Shown: one piece after another, positions 52,432 to 64,000 of the stretch | How positions within the stretch are numbered: position 1 is the stretch's first letter | Layout of the letters: every line of letters begins with the position of its first letter | Assembly: GCA_951406725.2 (NCBI GenBank) | Contig: OX597819.1 | Location: forward strand, 130,944,001 to 131,008,000 | Direction of reading: 5' to 3' | From: Octopus vulgaris | Lineage: Eukaryota | DNA: 64,000 nucleotides | The notes under the pieces: generated by a model | What the model saw: the letters and a program-made list of their open reading frames with translations, nothing else | Databases searched by the model: none | Told to the model about the DNA's origin: nothing | Made by a program: the position numbers and the translations under genes

Positions 52432-53392
52432 GGAGAGAGGGAGAGAAAGAGAGAAAGAAAGAGAGAGCATTTGAGTGAGAAGAAGCAGAAAAGACATTGT
52501 TGCTCTGAGTTTTCCGTTCCTGACTTTCGATCAAAACTATATGGACGCATGTTTTCCTGTTTTTATTTTTCGCATAACTCACCAGTGGGGAAAAATAACC
52601 ATTTTCTAGTCATGAGGCGCTTTGTTGGAATTTACACAGTATCAATAGCATAGTCTTACATGTAGGAGGTAGTGCTGAAAAGTTCTTGGCTTGAGGTAAA
52701 AGAAAACACAGGAGGATCAGTTAATTATGATTTTATTCAACATATTCCCCTCTCAGACTCACACACTTACTGCAGCAGTCCTTCTTTCGGTTCCTATCTA
52801 CCAAATCCATTGACAAGGCTTTAGTCAGCCCAAGTTTATAGCAAAAGGCGATTAAAAAAGTGGTTTGTGTTTCAAGAAAAAAATGTAAATGGTGAATGAG
52901 AAATGAACAAAATCCTCAGGAGATATAAAAGGCTTGTAGTGGCAACTAGGTGAAAGGTATTGTCAGGTTGACTTTGCCTTTCATCCTTTCGGGTCGATTA
53001 AATAAGTACCAGTTACGCACTGGGGTCGATATAATCGACTTAATCAGTGTGTCTGTCCTTGTTTGTCCTCTCTGTGTTTGGCCCCTTGTGGGTAGTAAAG
53101 AAATAGGTATTGTCAGGAATCCGTTGAGACTGTAATGAAAGTCTTGAAAAAGAAACGTGAAGTTTAGACAAAAATTGGTAGGGAGTCGCTGAAAATTGAT
53201 GCAATATGATACATTTTTATTAATATTTAGCAGAAGCAATAGAGTGACCCAACGATGGCTTATAGAAGAAACCAAAGACGAATACAGCTATACTCTTGGA
53301 AAGTGTAGGGTCACCCAAGCATAAAAAATGAGCATTATTTGTAATTCAACGGTACAACAGTGTATATACCCTGAAGCGGTCCTCTTCCCTTA

Positions 53393-54031
53393 TCTGTAGT
53401 TTGTAAGCTATTTGTTGTGTAATTTCTTGCATTTCGGCAATTTCAACCAATCAATGACGTTTATTGAGGTGAATACAATATCTCCGGATCTTTGTCCACT
53501 ACAATTATTTGCGGTGTCATATGAATCTGTCACTGTAATTTATGAGAAAAAAATACCTTGTGGCCATAAACCCTAATCCTAATCCTAACCCTAACCCTAA
53601 CTCTAACCCTAACCCTAACCCTAACCCAGATTAAAATGCAATAGATCGATACTAGGGTCATAATTATGGGTAGACACTAAAAAGGGAAGGGTTTTGTTAT
53701 CCAGCTCTGTTTACGAGAGAGGCCTCAGTTTATGGCCACAGGGTATCTTTTTCTCATAAATTACAGTGATAGATTCATATGACACCGCAAATAATTGTTG
53801 TTGACACATTATGGCAGAAATTGTATTCACCTCAATAGACGTCATTGATTGGTTGAAATTGCCGAAATGCAAGAAATTAAACAACAAATAGCTTACAAAC
53901 TACAGAATTTTCTCAAGAAAGCCAAGAGAAAAAGATGTTTTATAAACACATTCTACCAGTATACGAAGTTTAAAAGTATTTAGTTACAAAGAAATTATTT
54001 TAAAAATCTGCCGGTCAAAGCGAAAAGATCC
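53393..54031. mobile_element. Foldback element F (long TIR ending GAAAAGATCC, internal (CCCTAA)n), left end truncated
   Basis: 53393-53570 is the reverse complement of ~53730-53905; telomere-like tract ~53569-53627. Confidence 0.8.
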
Positions 54032-54096
54032 TAATCTTATAATCTTATAATCTACAAATGAAAAAAAAAAAAAAAAAAAGCAGACCAGCCACCGGA

Positions 54097-54169
54097 TGCC
54101 GAAACCCGGGATTGAACCAGGGACCTTTAGATCTTCAGTCTAACGCTCTCCCAACTGAGCTATTTCGGC
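54097..54169 (-). tRNA. tRNA-Phe(GAA), major sequence
   Basis: Exact major sequence; long T-run. Confidence 0.97.
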
Positions 54170-54356
54170 TGGTAATGGTTTCTCTCTAAACTTTCCATGT
54201 CAGTCGTATTGCATATCAAAGTACATTCTTACCAAAGGCGTTTTCTTTTAATCATGGCTTTTAATAAAAGGCGACACATTGAGAGGGGCTTCGTCGATCG
54301 TATCCACCTCGGGTACTACAGATTTCATTGGCCCCGGTACCTAGAGTTACCTACCG

Positions 54357-54567
54357 GGTACTACTAGCGAACAGTGGTCCCGGTGCGCGGACTCGCGCAG
54401 TCGCGCAGTCGCGCTAGCTAGTCATGACTAGTCGATCCTTACTTTGTGTTTTGTGTTTTATTTACTTTGCTAGGTAATCGTTGTAGGATCGACTACTTAC
54501 GACTAGCTAGCGCGGATGCGCGACTACGCGAGTGCGCGCACCGGGACCACTGTTCTCAAGTAGTACC
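54357..54567. mobile_element. MITE family M1 (opposite orientation)
   Basis: Same TIRs; flanked by a ~33-bp direct repeat. Confidence 0.88.
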
Positions 54568-54617
54568 CAGATTTCATTGGCCCCACTACCTAGAGTTACC
54601 GATGAAATTAGAACGTA

Positions 54618-55909
54618 CGAGGGGCGTTCAATAAGTAATGCCCCTGATCCACTTCCCATAGCAGTAGAGCAACGAAACTTGGCACAGTTATTAGTCTTTT
54701 TCTACATAGGAACAACCCAGAGTTACGCATTTCTCCCATTGTTTGATGCAGCTCTGGGGACCGTTTTCGTAGAAGACCCCAGCTTGGTCCTCCAACCACG
54801 ACGTGACTTCAGAAATCAAGGCTGCATCATCTGGGAAACACTTTTTTTTCAAAAACAACTTCATGGCTGGGAAGAGGTGAAAATCAGAGGGTGCAAGGTC
54901 AGGAGAGTAGGGGGATGGGGGAAGAGTTCATAGCCGCACGCCTGTGCTTCTGATCTGGCGACACACGAGTTGTGGACCGGAGCGTTGTCCTGCAAGAGGA
55001 GGATGCCTTTGCTGATCTTGCCCCGCCTCTTGGTTTTGATAGCTTCTCTTAATTTCCTCAAAAGTGAAGCATGATAAGCTCCTGTAATTGTGGTACCATT
55101 TTCCAGGAAATCTGTCATCACTACTCCGTCCTAGTCCCAGAAGACTGTGAGCATGACCTTGCCAGCGGAGGGCTGCACCCTTGCCTTCTTTGGAGGAGGT
55201 GAGTCATGGTGCTTCCACTGCATTGACTGGGCTTTGGTCTCTGGATCATAGTGATGGACCCAGGTCTCATCCTGTGTAATCAGTCTTTTGAAAAATTTTG
55301 ACTCATCTTCTTGGCACATCCCTAAATTCATCCTCGAGCACTCGACGCGTTCTTGCTTCTGGAAAAGTGTGAGCAACCTGGAGAATCCATCTGGCAGACA
55401 CCTTTTGCATATGCAAATGGTCATGAATGATAGTTTCCACAGACCCGGTACTAATCTTGACCTCATGGGCTATTTGGCGAATAGTTATGCGTCGATCTTT
55501 CAAAATAGCAGCTTCAACTTGACGGACAGATGCCTCATCAATGGCAGAAGGGGGTGACCAGATCTGGGAGCTGTTTCCACAGAGTTCCGACCATGTTTGA
55601 ATTCACGATGCCAGCGTTTTACAAGGTCATATGAAGGAGCATCATCACCATAAGTTACTTTCATTTTATCAAAAGACTCCCGTGGTGTGCATCCTTTCAA
55701 ATACAAAAACCGGATCACTGCTCGACACTTAAAAGGCTCCATTTCACACTTGACTCATTTCAAACACCTGTAAATCAGAAACCACAATTAGTTCGGAGCT
55801 GTAATTTGCCACGTAATCTATAGAAATATAAATAATTGCACATGCAAAATTTCAGCTAGATCAAAGAACTGCAAGTGGGTCAGAGGCATTACTTATTGAA
55901 CGCCCCTCG
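54618..55909 (-). mobile_element. Full-length (1292 bp) mariner transposon, probably irritans subfamily
   Basis: TIRs CGAGGGGCGTTCAATAAGTAATGCC / GGCATTACTTATTGAACGCCCCTCG, TA duplication, empty site in paralog at 59091-59100; subfamily inferred from TIR start. Confidence 0.95.
54691..55742 (-). pseudogene. Mariner transposase with frameshifts and a stop
   Basis: N-terminal HTH region (RAVIRFLYLKG..VKRWHREFK), ITQDETWVHHYDPE, LLQDNAPVH, C-terminal WEKCVTL..YVEKD* spread across frames. Confidence 0.93.
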
Positions 55910-55941
55910 TAAGTACTGCTCTCAATGAATTCTTGCGCGCC

Positions 55942-55983
<42 letters not shown>

Positions 55984-56411
55984 CGTAGCGCGCGAGTGAA
56001 AGAGAAGGAGAAGGAGGCGTGTGAGCGAGTAGAAAAGAGTACTCAGTAATGACATTGTACGAGAGACCAAAACTTCAGAAATCGTTACTCCGAGTTCTCC
56101 ACCTATCACCTTCGCTCAACAACAATATATATGATTACTTGGTGTTAATTTTTCTAATTAAATGTTAAAATAATCCATTTCTAGCCCAGAGATTAGACTC
56201 ATTGGAATTCACACAGCGCCAATAGGATAATCTCATACATTGTATCTATGCAATGTACGCACGTATGCATGTATTAATAAACACATGTACATAAGCATAC
56301 TCGCACATGTATACATGTATACATAATGAATACACATGTGTTTGCACGCAGGAACAGGTGGGTGCAGATATGAATGTCATTTCATTTGTAGATTATAAGA
56401 TTATAAGATTA

Positions 56412-56929
56412 GGATCTTTTCGCTTTGACCGGCAGATTTTTAAAATGATTTCTTTGTAACTAAACACTTTTAAACTTCGTATACTGGTAGAATGTGTTAC
56501 ATAAAACATCTTTTTCTCTTGGCTTTCTTGAGAAAATTCTGTAGTTTGTAAGCTATTTGTTGTGTAATTTCTTGCATTTCGGCAATTTCAACCAATCAAT
56601 GACGTTTATTGAGGTGAATACAATATCTCCGGATCTTTGTCCACTACAATTATTTGCGCTGTCATATGAATCTGTCTCTGTTATTTATGAGAAAAAAGAT
56701 ACCCTGTGGCCATAAACCCTAATCCTAATCCTAACCCTAACCCTAACTCTAACCTTAACCCTAACCCTAATCCTAAAACAGATTGAAATGCAATAGATCG
56801 ATACGAGGGTCATAATTATGGGTGGACACTAAAGAGGGAACGGTTTTGTTATCCAGCTCTGTTTACGAGAGAGCCCTCAGTTTATGGCCACAGGGTATCT
56901 TTTTTCTCATAAATAACAGTGACAAATTC
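56412..56929. mobile_element. Foldback element F, right end truncated
   Basis: GGATCTTTTCGCTTTGACCGGCAG start; (CCCTAA)n ~56716-56775. Confidence 0.8.
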
Positions 56930-57186
56930 CGCGATAGAGTGACTCAAGGGCCCGGAGTTTCGTACATTGGCACTTTCGAAGCTTAATAGAAATAGACATA
57001 CACTCAAAGTGTGAGTTATATTTTTCCTGTTTGCATCAGGAATATAACAAATCCAATGGAACGGAAGGCAGGTGGAATCCGGGATGAAATGAATGGAAAT
57101 AAAATTATTGAAAGGATTAGTTGGTCAAATTAAAATTAAAATTTAATAAAAAACGAAAGAAAAAAAAAAGCAGACCAGCCACCGGA

Positions 57187-57259
57187 TGCCGAAACCCGGG
57201 ATTGAACCAGGGACCTTTAGATCTTCAGTCTAACGCTCTCCCAACTGAGCTATTTCGGC
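57187..57259 (-). tRNA. tRNA-Phe(GAA), major sequence
   Basis: Exact major sequence. Confidence 0.97.
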
Positions 57260-57499
57260 TGGTAATGGTTTCTCTCTAAACTTTCCATGTCAGTCGTATT
57301 GCATATCAAAGTACATTCTTACCAAAGGCGTTTTCTTGTAGTCATGGCTTTTAATAAAAGGCGACACATTGAGAGGGGTTTCATCGATCGTATCCACCTC
57401 GGGTGCTACAGATTTCATTGGCCCCGGTACCTAGAGTTACCTACCGGGTGCTACTAGCGTGCGTGCGTGTGTGCGTGTGTGCGTGTGTGCGTGTGTGCG

Positions 57500-57569
<70 letters not shown>

Positions 57570-58575
57570 CGTTGGGAGAGCGTTAAACTGAAGAGAGGGA
57601 GAAAGAGGCGTGTGATCGAGTAGAAAAGAGTACTCAGTAATGACATTGTACGAGAGACCAAAACTTCAGAAATCGTTACTCCGAGTTCTCCACCTATCAC
57701 CTTCGCTCAACAACAATATATCTGTCACTGTTATTTATGACATATTTCATATATAATATATGCTACACTTTTTCAGTGTGTCACATATTCCCACGGTGTC
57801 TTTAATAGCTTGTAACTGTAATATCTTTGTTAAGCGAGTTCTTGTTGGTTTTGTGAAACCCAGATTCTCAAGATTGATACAGAGGCAGTTCGTCACGATA
57901 CTAAGTTATCCAATAATTACAAGTAAAAAATCTTATGATTATTGGTGCGCTTTGTAACGTATTGCAGCTTATATTTTGTTTGTATTCACAGGATTATCTT
58001 TTCTGTGGATTACGTTATAGCCTCGACGTCATGTCTAAGAGTTAAGTATTACTGTAATAACATTTTCGTTATCATAATTAGAAAAATGAAAAGAGAAAAA
58101 ATAACACTAAAACGGTTAAAGAAATGGAGTGGTTTTCTTTTAGAAAAAAAAGTTTAAATGGTGAATACGAAATAGATAGAATCTTCGAGAGATCCTAAGC
58201 TCGTGGTGCTAACTGGGTGAAAGATATAAGCAGGAATAGTTGCAGACTAATGGAAGTCGTAAAAAAGAAACACGAGGCTTGAACAAAGATTGGTAGTAAG
58301 TCGCTGAGAATTGATGTAATATAATATTACATTTTTATTAATATTTAGCAGAAACAACAGAGTGACTCAAGGTCCGAGACTTTTGCGCGAGGGCACTTAT
58401 CACCATACCTGTAATATAATACATAACCAGAAGGATGAAAGGTAGTTGGGATCCGGGATGAAATGAATAGAAATAAAATCTTTGAAAAGAACAGTTGGCC
58501 AGGACTAGATCCAAACATGAATGAAAACAGAATATGAAGAACGAAAAAAAAAAAAAAAGCAGACCAGCCACCGGA

Positions 58576-58648
58576 TGCCGAAACCCGGGATTGAACCAGG
58601 GACCTTTAGATCTTCAGTCTAACGCTCTCCCAACTGAGCTATTTCGGC
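58576..58648 (-). tRNA. tRNA-Phe(GAA), major sequence
   Basis: Exact major sequence. Confidence 0.97.
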
Positions 58649-58820
58649 TGGTAGTGATTTCTCTCTAAACTTTCCATGTCAGTCGTATTGCATATCAAAG
58701 TACATTCTTACCAAAGGCGTTTTCTTGTAGTCATGGCTTTTAATAAAAGGCGACACATTGATCGTATCCACCTCGGGTGCTACAGATTTCATTGGCCCCA
58801 GTACCTAGAGTTACCTACCG

Positions 58821-59047
58821 GGTACTACTAGCGAACAGTGGTCCCGGTGCGCGGACTCGCGCAGTCGCGCTAGCTAGTCATGACTAGTCGATCCTTACTT
58901 TGTGTTTTTGGGTGTTATTTACTTTGTGTTTTGTGTTTTATTTACTTTGCTAGGTAATCGTTGTAGGATCGACTACTTACGACTAGCTAGCGCGGATGCG
59001 CGACTACGCTAGTGCGCGCACCGGGACCACTGTTCTCAAGTAGTACC
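58821..59047. mobile_element. MITE family M1, segmental duplicate of 54357 copy
   Basis: Same flanks as the 54357 copy. Confidence 0.88.
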
Positions 59048-59279
59048 CAGATTTCATTGGCCCCACAACCTAGAGTTACCGATGAAATTAGAACGTAAGT
59101 ACTGCTCTCTACGAATTCTTGCGCGCCTTTGTGTGTGTGTGTGTGTATGTGTGCGTGCGTGCGTGCGTGTGTGTGTGTGTGAGTGCGTAGCGCGCGAGTG
59201 AAAGAGAGGGAGAGGGCGGCGTGTGAGCGAGTAAAAAACCTTATGATTCTTCGTTCACTTTGTAACGTATTGCAACTGA

Positions 59280-59318
59280 GGATCTTTTCTGTTTCCGTCT
59301 ATCAAACAGAAAAGATCC
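59280..59318. mobile_element. 39-bp mini TIR element (GGATCTTTTC termini)
   Basis: 15-bp perfect TIR, 8-bp near-TSD GCAACTGA/GCAACTTA, absent from paralog at ~57964. Confidence 0.75.
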
Positions 59319-59476
59319 GCAACTTATATTTTGTTTGTATTCACAGGATTATCTTTTCTGTGGATTACGTTATAGCCTCGACGTCATGTCTAATAGTCAT
59401 GTCTAATATATATAAGAAATAAAATCTTTGAAAAGAACAGTTGGCCAGGCCTAGATTCAAACATGAATGAAAACAG

Positions 59477-60019
59477 GGTTAATATCTAGATCCGCACCCG
59501 GTGGGAAAAATGAGATCCGCACCCGGTGGGAAAAATGGAAACGAAAATGTGTAACAGTTGTAAGGCATCGTATATTGACGGAATAAGACGGGAAAAAAGC
59601 GCGCTGACAAACGGGGGGGGGGGGCTCGGGAAATTCCCAGGATCAACCGTAGAGGCAAAAATGGAAAAAAAATATGTGTAACAGGTGTTTAAACGCATTT
59701 CACACACATAGCCCAATGTCATAATTCAAAACTAACGCAGCGAAAATTTTGAAAAGTTCCCCCAGTTCTGAAAAAAATCGATAAATTCGACATGGGGTCG
59801 CGAATCAGAAACACAATGGTGAAAATTGATGGTAAATTTTTCTTTAAATCGTAGGCAATTTTCCGAGCCCCCTCCCCCCCCCCGTTTGTCAGCGCGCTTT
59901 TTTTTCGTCATATTCCTTCAATATACGATGCCTTACAACTGTTACACATTTTCGTTTCCATTTTTCCCACCGGGTGCGGATCTCATTTTTCCCACCGGGT
60001 GCGGATCTAGATATTAACC
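59477..60019. mobile_element. MITE family M2 (GGTTAATATCTAGATCC termini, ~160-bp TIR, 8-bp TSD; Merlin-like)
   Basis: TSD GAAAACAG; empty site at 58523-58530; TIR contains a tandem AGATCCGCACCCGGTGGGAAAAATG. Confidence 0.9.
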
Positions 60020-60075
60020 GAAAACAGAATATGAAGAACGAAAAAAAAAAAAAAAAAAGCAGACCAGCCACCGGA

Positions 60076-60148
60076 TGCCGAAACCCGGGATTGAACCAGG
60101 GACCTTTAGATCTTCAGTCTAACGCTCTCCCAACTGAGCTATTTCGGC
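60076..60148 (-). tRNA. tRNA-Phe(GAA), major sequence
   Basis: Exact major sequence. Confidence 0.97.
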
Positions 60149-61256
60149 TGGTAAAGATATTCTTGTACATTATCGATGTCAGTCGTGTTGTATATAACAA
60201 TTTAATTATTTATGTCTGCGTAAATTATTCTCTTTTCGATATGGGATTTCTAACACAAAGCCGTATTTGGGGAAGACCCACTTATTTTGGCAACACATAG
60301 CCCTTATTTCATCGATCTGCACCGCCCAGAACCTAATTAAGTACTGCAATGTAAATTTAAACTGGTTCTTTGTCCACTGTGATAATTAATGTTAAATTTT
60401 AGTAGAGTCAGATGCTTGTATAATTGCAAAAATTATACGAAAATAAAATGAAAAACTGAAATACAAACGATAAAATGTATTTAATGATCGTATATTGTTG
60501 TATATGTGTGTTTATAGGCTGCTACAAAAACATGTATACATCTTGGAATTTTTACCATTTTTCAATATACTGTATTATCTCTACAAATATACATCTTTTA
60601 ATAGGCAATCGGCAATCTTTAATATATTTAAATTTCACTTGTTACCATAATCCGTTATAATAGGAAGTAACACCATGCGGAGCAATGTAACGTTTAATCT
60701 ATATATATATATATATATATATATTCCACGACTAATTACTAAAATGTAATTCGTTCGGTTCATAACTGATATATTTGGTGTAATAAATTCCATTGTGATC
60801 CACCAGAAGTTATTTCGCAAATACGAGTGAATAAACACATATATATTGTGTCTGTTGAATTTTTGGAACGTTAATTAATGTAACTCCACGCATCTACTAT
60901 TAGTTTTTTTTTTACTATACAATTGTAGTTATTTTGCTTCTGTTTGAAATACAGGGTAATAAGCGCTAAAGGATACGTTCGACAAGGTACTCTCTAGAAT
61001 CCCGCCTTTTCGCTTCCCGACGGGTAAATAAGTACCCCATGGAGTAATGGGTATCATTCTACATAACCGAGTATAAAGTTTTGCGTTGTTGCTCGAACTC
61101 TTAAATTTGGCTGCTAGAAATAGCAGCTTAATCTCATTCGAAACACACATCTTTCTACATTAAAAAGAGAGGATACATTAGACAATGTTGTCCCTGATAG
61201 ACAAAAAGATTGGATGGTCGTAGTTGGTAATTACATAGGCTGTTAGAACAGGGTAA

Positions 61257-61300
61257 GGTTAATATCTAGATCCGCACCCGGTGGGAAAAATGAGATCCGC
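61257..61300. mobile_element. Single-end fragment of M2
   Basis: Matches first 44 bp of 59477 element; CAGGGTAA on both sides. Confidence 0.8.
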
Positions 61301-61325
61301 AGGGTAATTACATAGGCTATTCGCT

Positions 61326-61480
61326 CAGTGGTTCACAACCTGCGGTCCGCAAAGGCAGTACTGGGATCCGTGAACTAAATTCAAAATTTTATATATATAC
61401 AAAGCATATTAAAAGGGGTCCGTGGGAAAACTCATTTAAATAAAAGGAGTTCTTGGTAGTGAAATGGTTGGGAACCTCTG
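61326..61480. mobile_element. hAT-like MITE
   Basis: CAGTGGTTCACAACC / GGTTGGGAACCTCTG TIRs; TSD not evident. Confidence 0.6.
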
Positions 61481-62124
61481 CGGAAAGCAGAAACAGTGCT
61501 GCGAGGGTTAAATTATTTGCTGCAAAGCTTTTCGATTACTTCTATAATAGTAGAGTTTCTGAACTTGGAGTGCTAACCATTGGATTTCAGGAGTACTGGG
61601 CTAGTACTCCTTAAATCTTACTTAGTGGTATGTAAATGCTGGAAGTTTAGCTTGGATTTTTGGTCCTAATGACTGTTGATATGCCATCAAAAAGCGGGTG
61701 GTTAGACGAACAAAATACAAAGAAACATTATTCTATACTGTCTCAGCTAAAACTAGGATCATTTTCTTTTCTATAGAATAAATAAAATGGTAAATAATAC
61801 TGTTAATAATTTCGTAATAGATAGTAACAACATGTGTAGAATAATCCCAAATACGAATCATATCACACGGCCTTACGCGCCCGTGTAAACAACAATCAAA
61901 TGGAATTAGTAGAATCTGAGGAAAATACAGTAATGGTATGCGACAGAAGAAATAGTTCTCAACGTAGAATAAGTTAGAATGCCAGGGAATCCTAACGCCG
62001 ACGGTGGGGTCCTTCTTTCCTTTCATCTCTTCACAGTTTACTAATTAATTTCACTAATTGATTTCACTCTGAACTTGATACAGAGTAGAAATGACTGCGA
62101 TAGTTTACAGCCAAATTTTCACCA

Positions 62125-62197
62125 GCCGAAATAGCTCAGTTGGGAGAGCGTTAGACTGAAGATCTAAAGGTCCCTGGTTCAATCCCGGGTTTCGGCA
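62125..62197 (+). tRNA. tRNA-Phe(GAA), major sequence
   Basis: Exact major sequence; trailer then T-run at 62215. Confidence 0.97.
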
Positions 62198-63467
62198 TCC
62201 GGTGGCTGGTCTGCTTTTTTTTTTTCTTTCGTTCTTTATTAAATTTTAATTTTAATTTGACCTTTCATTAATTTTATTTCCATTCGTTTTGATTTTTTTT
62301 TTTTTAATTTTAATTTTAATTTTCTTCTTGCTGCATATCTAACTATCTATTTGTATCATTAATATACACGAAAGATGATGGTTCTGTTTTACGTGCTCCA
62401 GATATTTCATCGTTAATATTGTTCTAAAAGTGATAAGGTTATCACAATAAATTTGGGTTTCTCTGCCTTTATGCATCTAATTATTATGGTTTTTCTTCAT
62501 GCCAGTGATGTAGATAGTGAGTGATTTACATACAGGAGTCGAGTGATCCCAATTTTAACCCGGACTTCAACACACGGTGGTTGGTAATTGTTATAAAATA
62601 TATCGGTTTCTTTACTACCCACAAGGGGCTAAACACAGAGGGGACAAACAAGGACAGACAAACGGATTACGTCGATTACATCGACCTCAGTGCGTAACTG
62701 GTACTTAATTTATCGACTCCGAAAGGACGAAAGGCAAAGTTGACCTCGGCGGAATTTGAACTCAGAACGTAACGGCAGACGAAATACCGATAAGCATTTC
62801 GCCCGGCGGGCTAACGATTCTGCCAGCTCGCCGCCTTAATTGTTATAAAATATATCTTTCATCTTTTACTTTATTTCAGCCATGCTGACTGCGGCCATGC
62901 TGACTGCGGCCATGCTGGGGCACCGTTTCGTAGAATTTTAGTTGAACGAATCGACTCCAGTACTTTTTGTAATACCTGGTACTTATTCTGTCACCTTTGC
63001 CTAACCCTGAAGCTACAGGGACGTAAATGCACCAACACCGATTGTCAAGTGGTGGCAGTGTACAAATACACATGCACATACATACATACATAACTACATG
63101 CATACATACATACATACATACATACACACATACACAGATACATACATACACACATACATACACACATACATGCACACATACACACACATACATACATACA
63201 TACATACATACATACATACATGTATATATAAATCGACCCCAGGACTTTTTTTAAGCCTGGTACTTATTCTATCAGTCTTTTTTGCCGAACCGCTAAGTTA
63301 CGGGGATGTAAACACACCAACACCAGTTGTCAAGTGGTGATGGGGGGGACAAGCACAGACACACACATAGATATATATGTATGTATATAGGGGGATAATT
63401 CACAAAAAAAAAACAAAAGACGAAGACAGGTGGTGTAGACAACAAGTAGATATATTAGTTTAACGCT

Positions 63468-63648
63468 AAAAGCACCCACTACACTCTCGGAGTGGTTGGC
63501 GTTAGGAAGGGCATCCAGCTGTAGAAACTCTGCCAGATCAAGATTGAAGCCTGGTGCAGCCATCTGGTTCGCCAGCCCTCAGTCAAAATCATCCAACCCA
63601 TGCCAGCATGGAAAGCGGACGTTAAATGATGATGATGATGATGATGAT
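63468..63648 (+). mobile_element. SINE/LINE 3' fragment with (GAT)n tail
   Basis: GGCGTTAGGAAGGGCATCCAGC motif and microsatellite tail. Confidence 0.55.
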
Positions 63649-63656
63649 ATATATAT

Positions 63657-64000
63657 ACTCTTTACTCTTTACTCTTTTACTTGTTTCAGTCATTTGACTG
63701 TGGCCATGCTGGAGCACCGCCTTTAATCGAGCAAATCGACCCCAGGACTTATTCTTTTCGTAAGCCCAGCACTTATTCTATCGGTCTCTTTTGCCGAACC
63801 GCTAAGTGACGGGGACGTAAACACGCCAGCATCTGTGGTCAAGCAATGCTAGGGGGACAAACACACACACACAAACACACACACACAAACACACACACAC
63901 AAACACACACACATACACATATACATATATACGACAGGCTTCTTTCAGTTTCCGTCTACCAAATCCACTCACAAGGCATTGGTCGGCCCGGAGCTATAGC
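63657..64000 (-). mobile_element. SINE family B (runs off window; other partial copies at ~2597, 8187, 16410, 45900, 62860, 63230)
   Basis: Sequence match to family B. Confidence 0.8.

Larger units (their letters stand above)
54070..59240 (+). repeat. Triplicated tRNA block (~54070-56130, ~57160-57720, ~58550-59240)
   Basis: Shared flank TCTCTCTAAACTTTCCATGTCAGTCG..CTACCGGGT. Confidence 0.85.

Noticed and set aside
53569-53627. True telomere or chromosome fusion site
   Set aside because: Short, degenerate and internal to a dispersed foldback element

Overview
Eukaryotic, AT-rich DNA dense in microsatellites and SINEs. The repeat families suggest an octopus/coleoid cephalopod genome (inference from memory, not searched). 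Nearly all listed ORFs are repeat artefacts. The first ~35 kb holds four tRNA-derived SINE families, Helitrons, MITEs and LINE fragments (R4/Dong, CR1-like, Tx1-like), plus one candidate 195-aa orphan gene with a frameshifted paralog. From 36.0 to 62.2 kb lies a tRNA-Phe(GAA) cluster: 14 intact genes, 3 divergent variants and 1 deleted remnant. It was built by tandem and inverted duplications (including a ~1.85-kb palindrome) and invaded by a full-length mariner, GG-terminal MITEs and a CRE fragment. Most notable: leader/trailer complementarity retained in three different tRNA flank types; 184-bp concatemeric SINEs with a palindromic junction; a 39-bp mini-transposon with an empty paralogous site; a hammerhead-like motif; and readable rearrangement scars.
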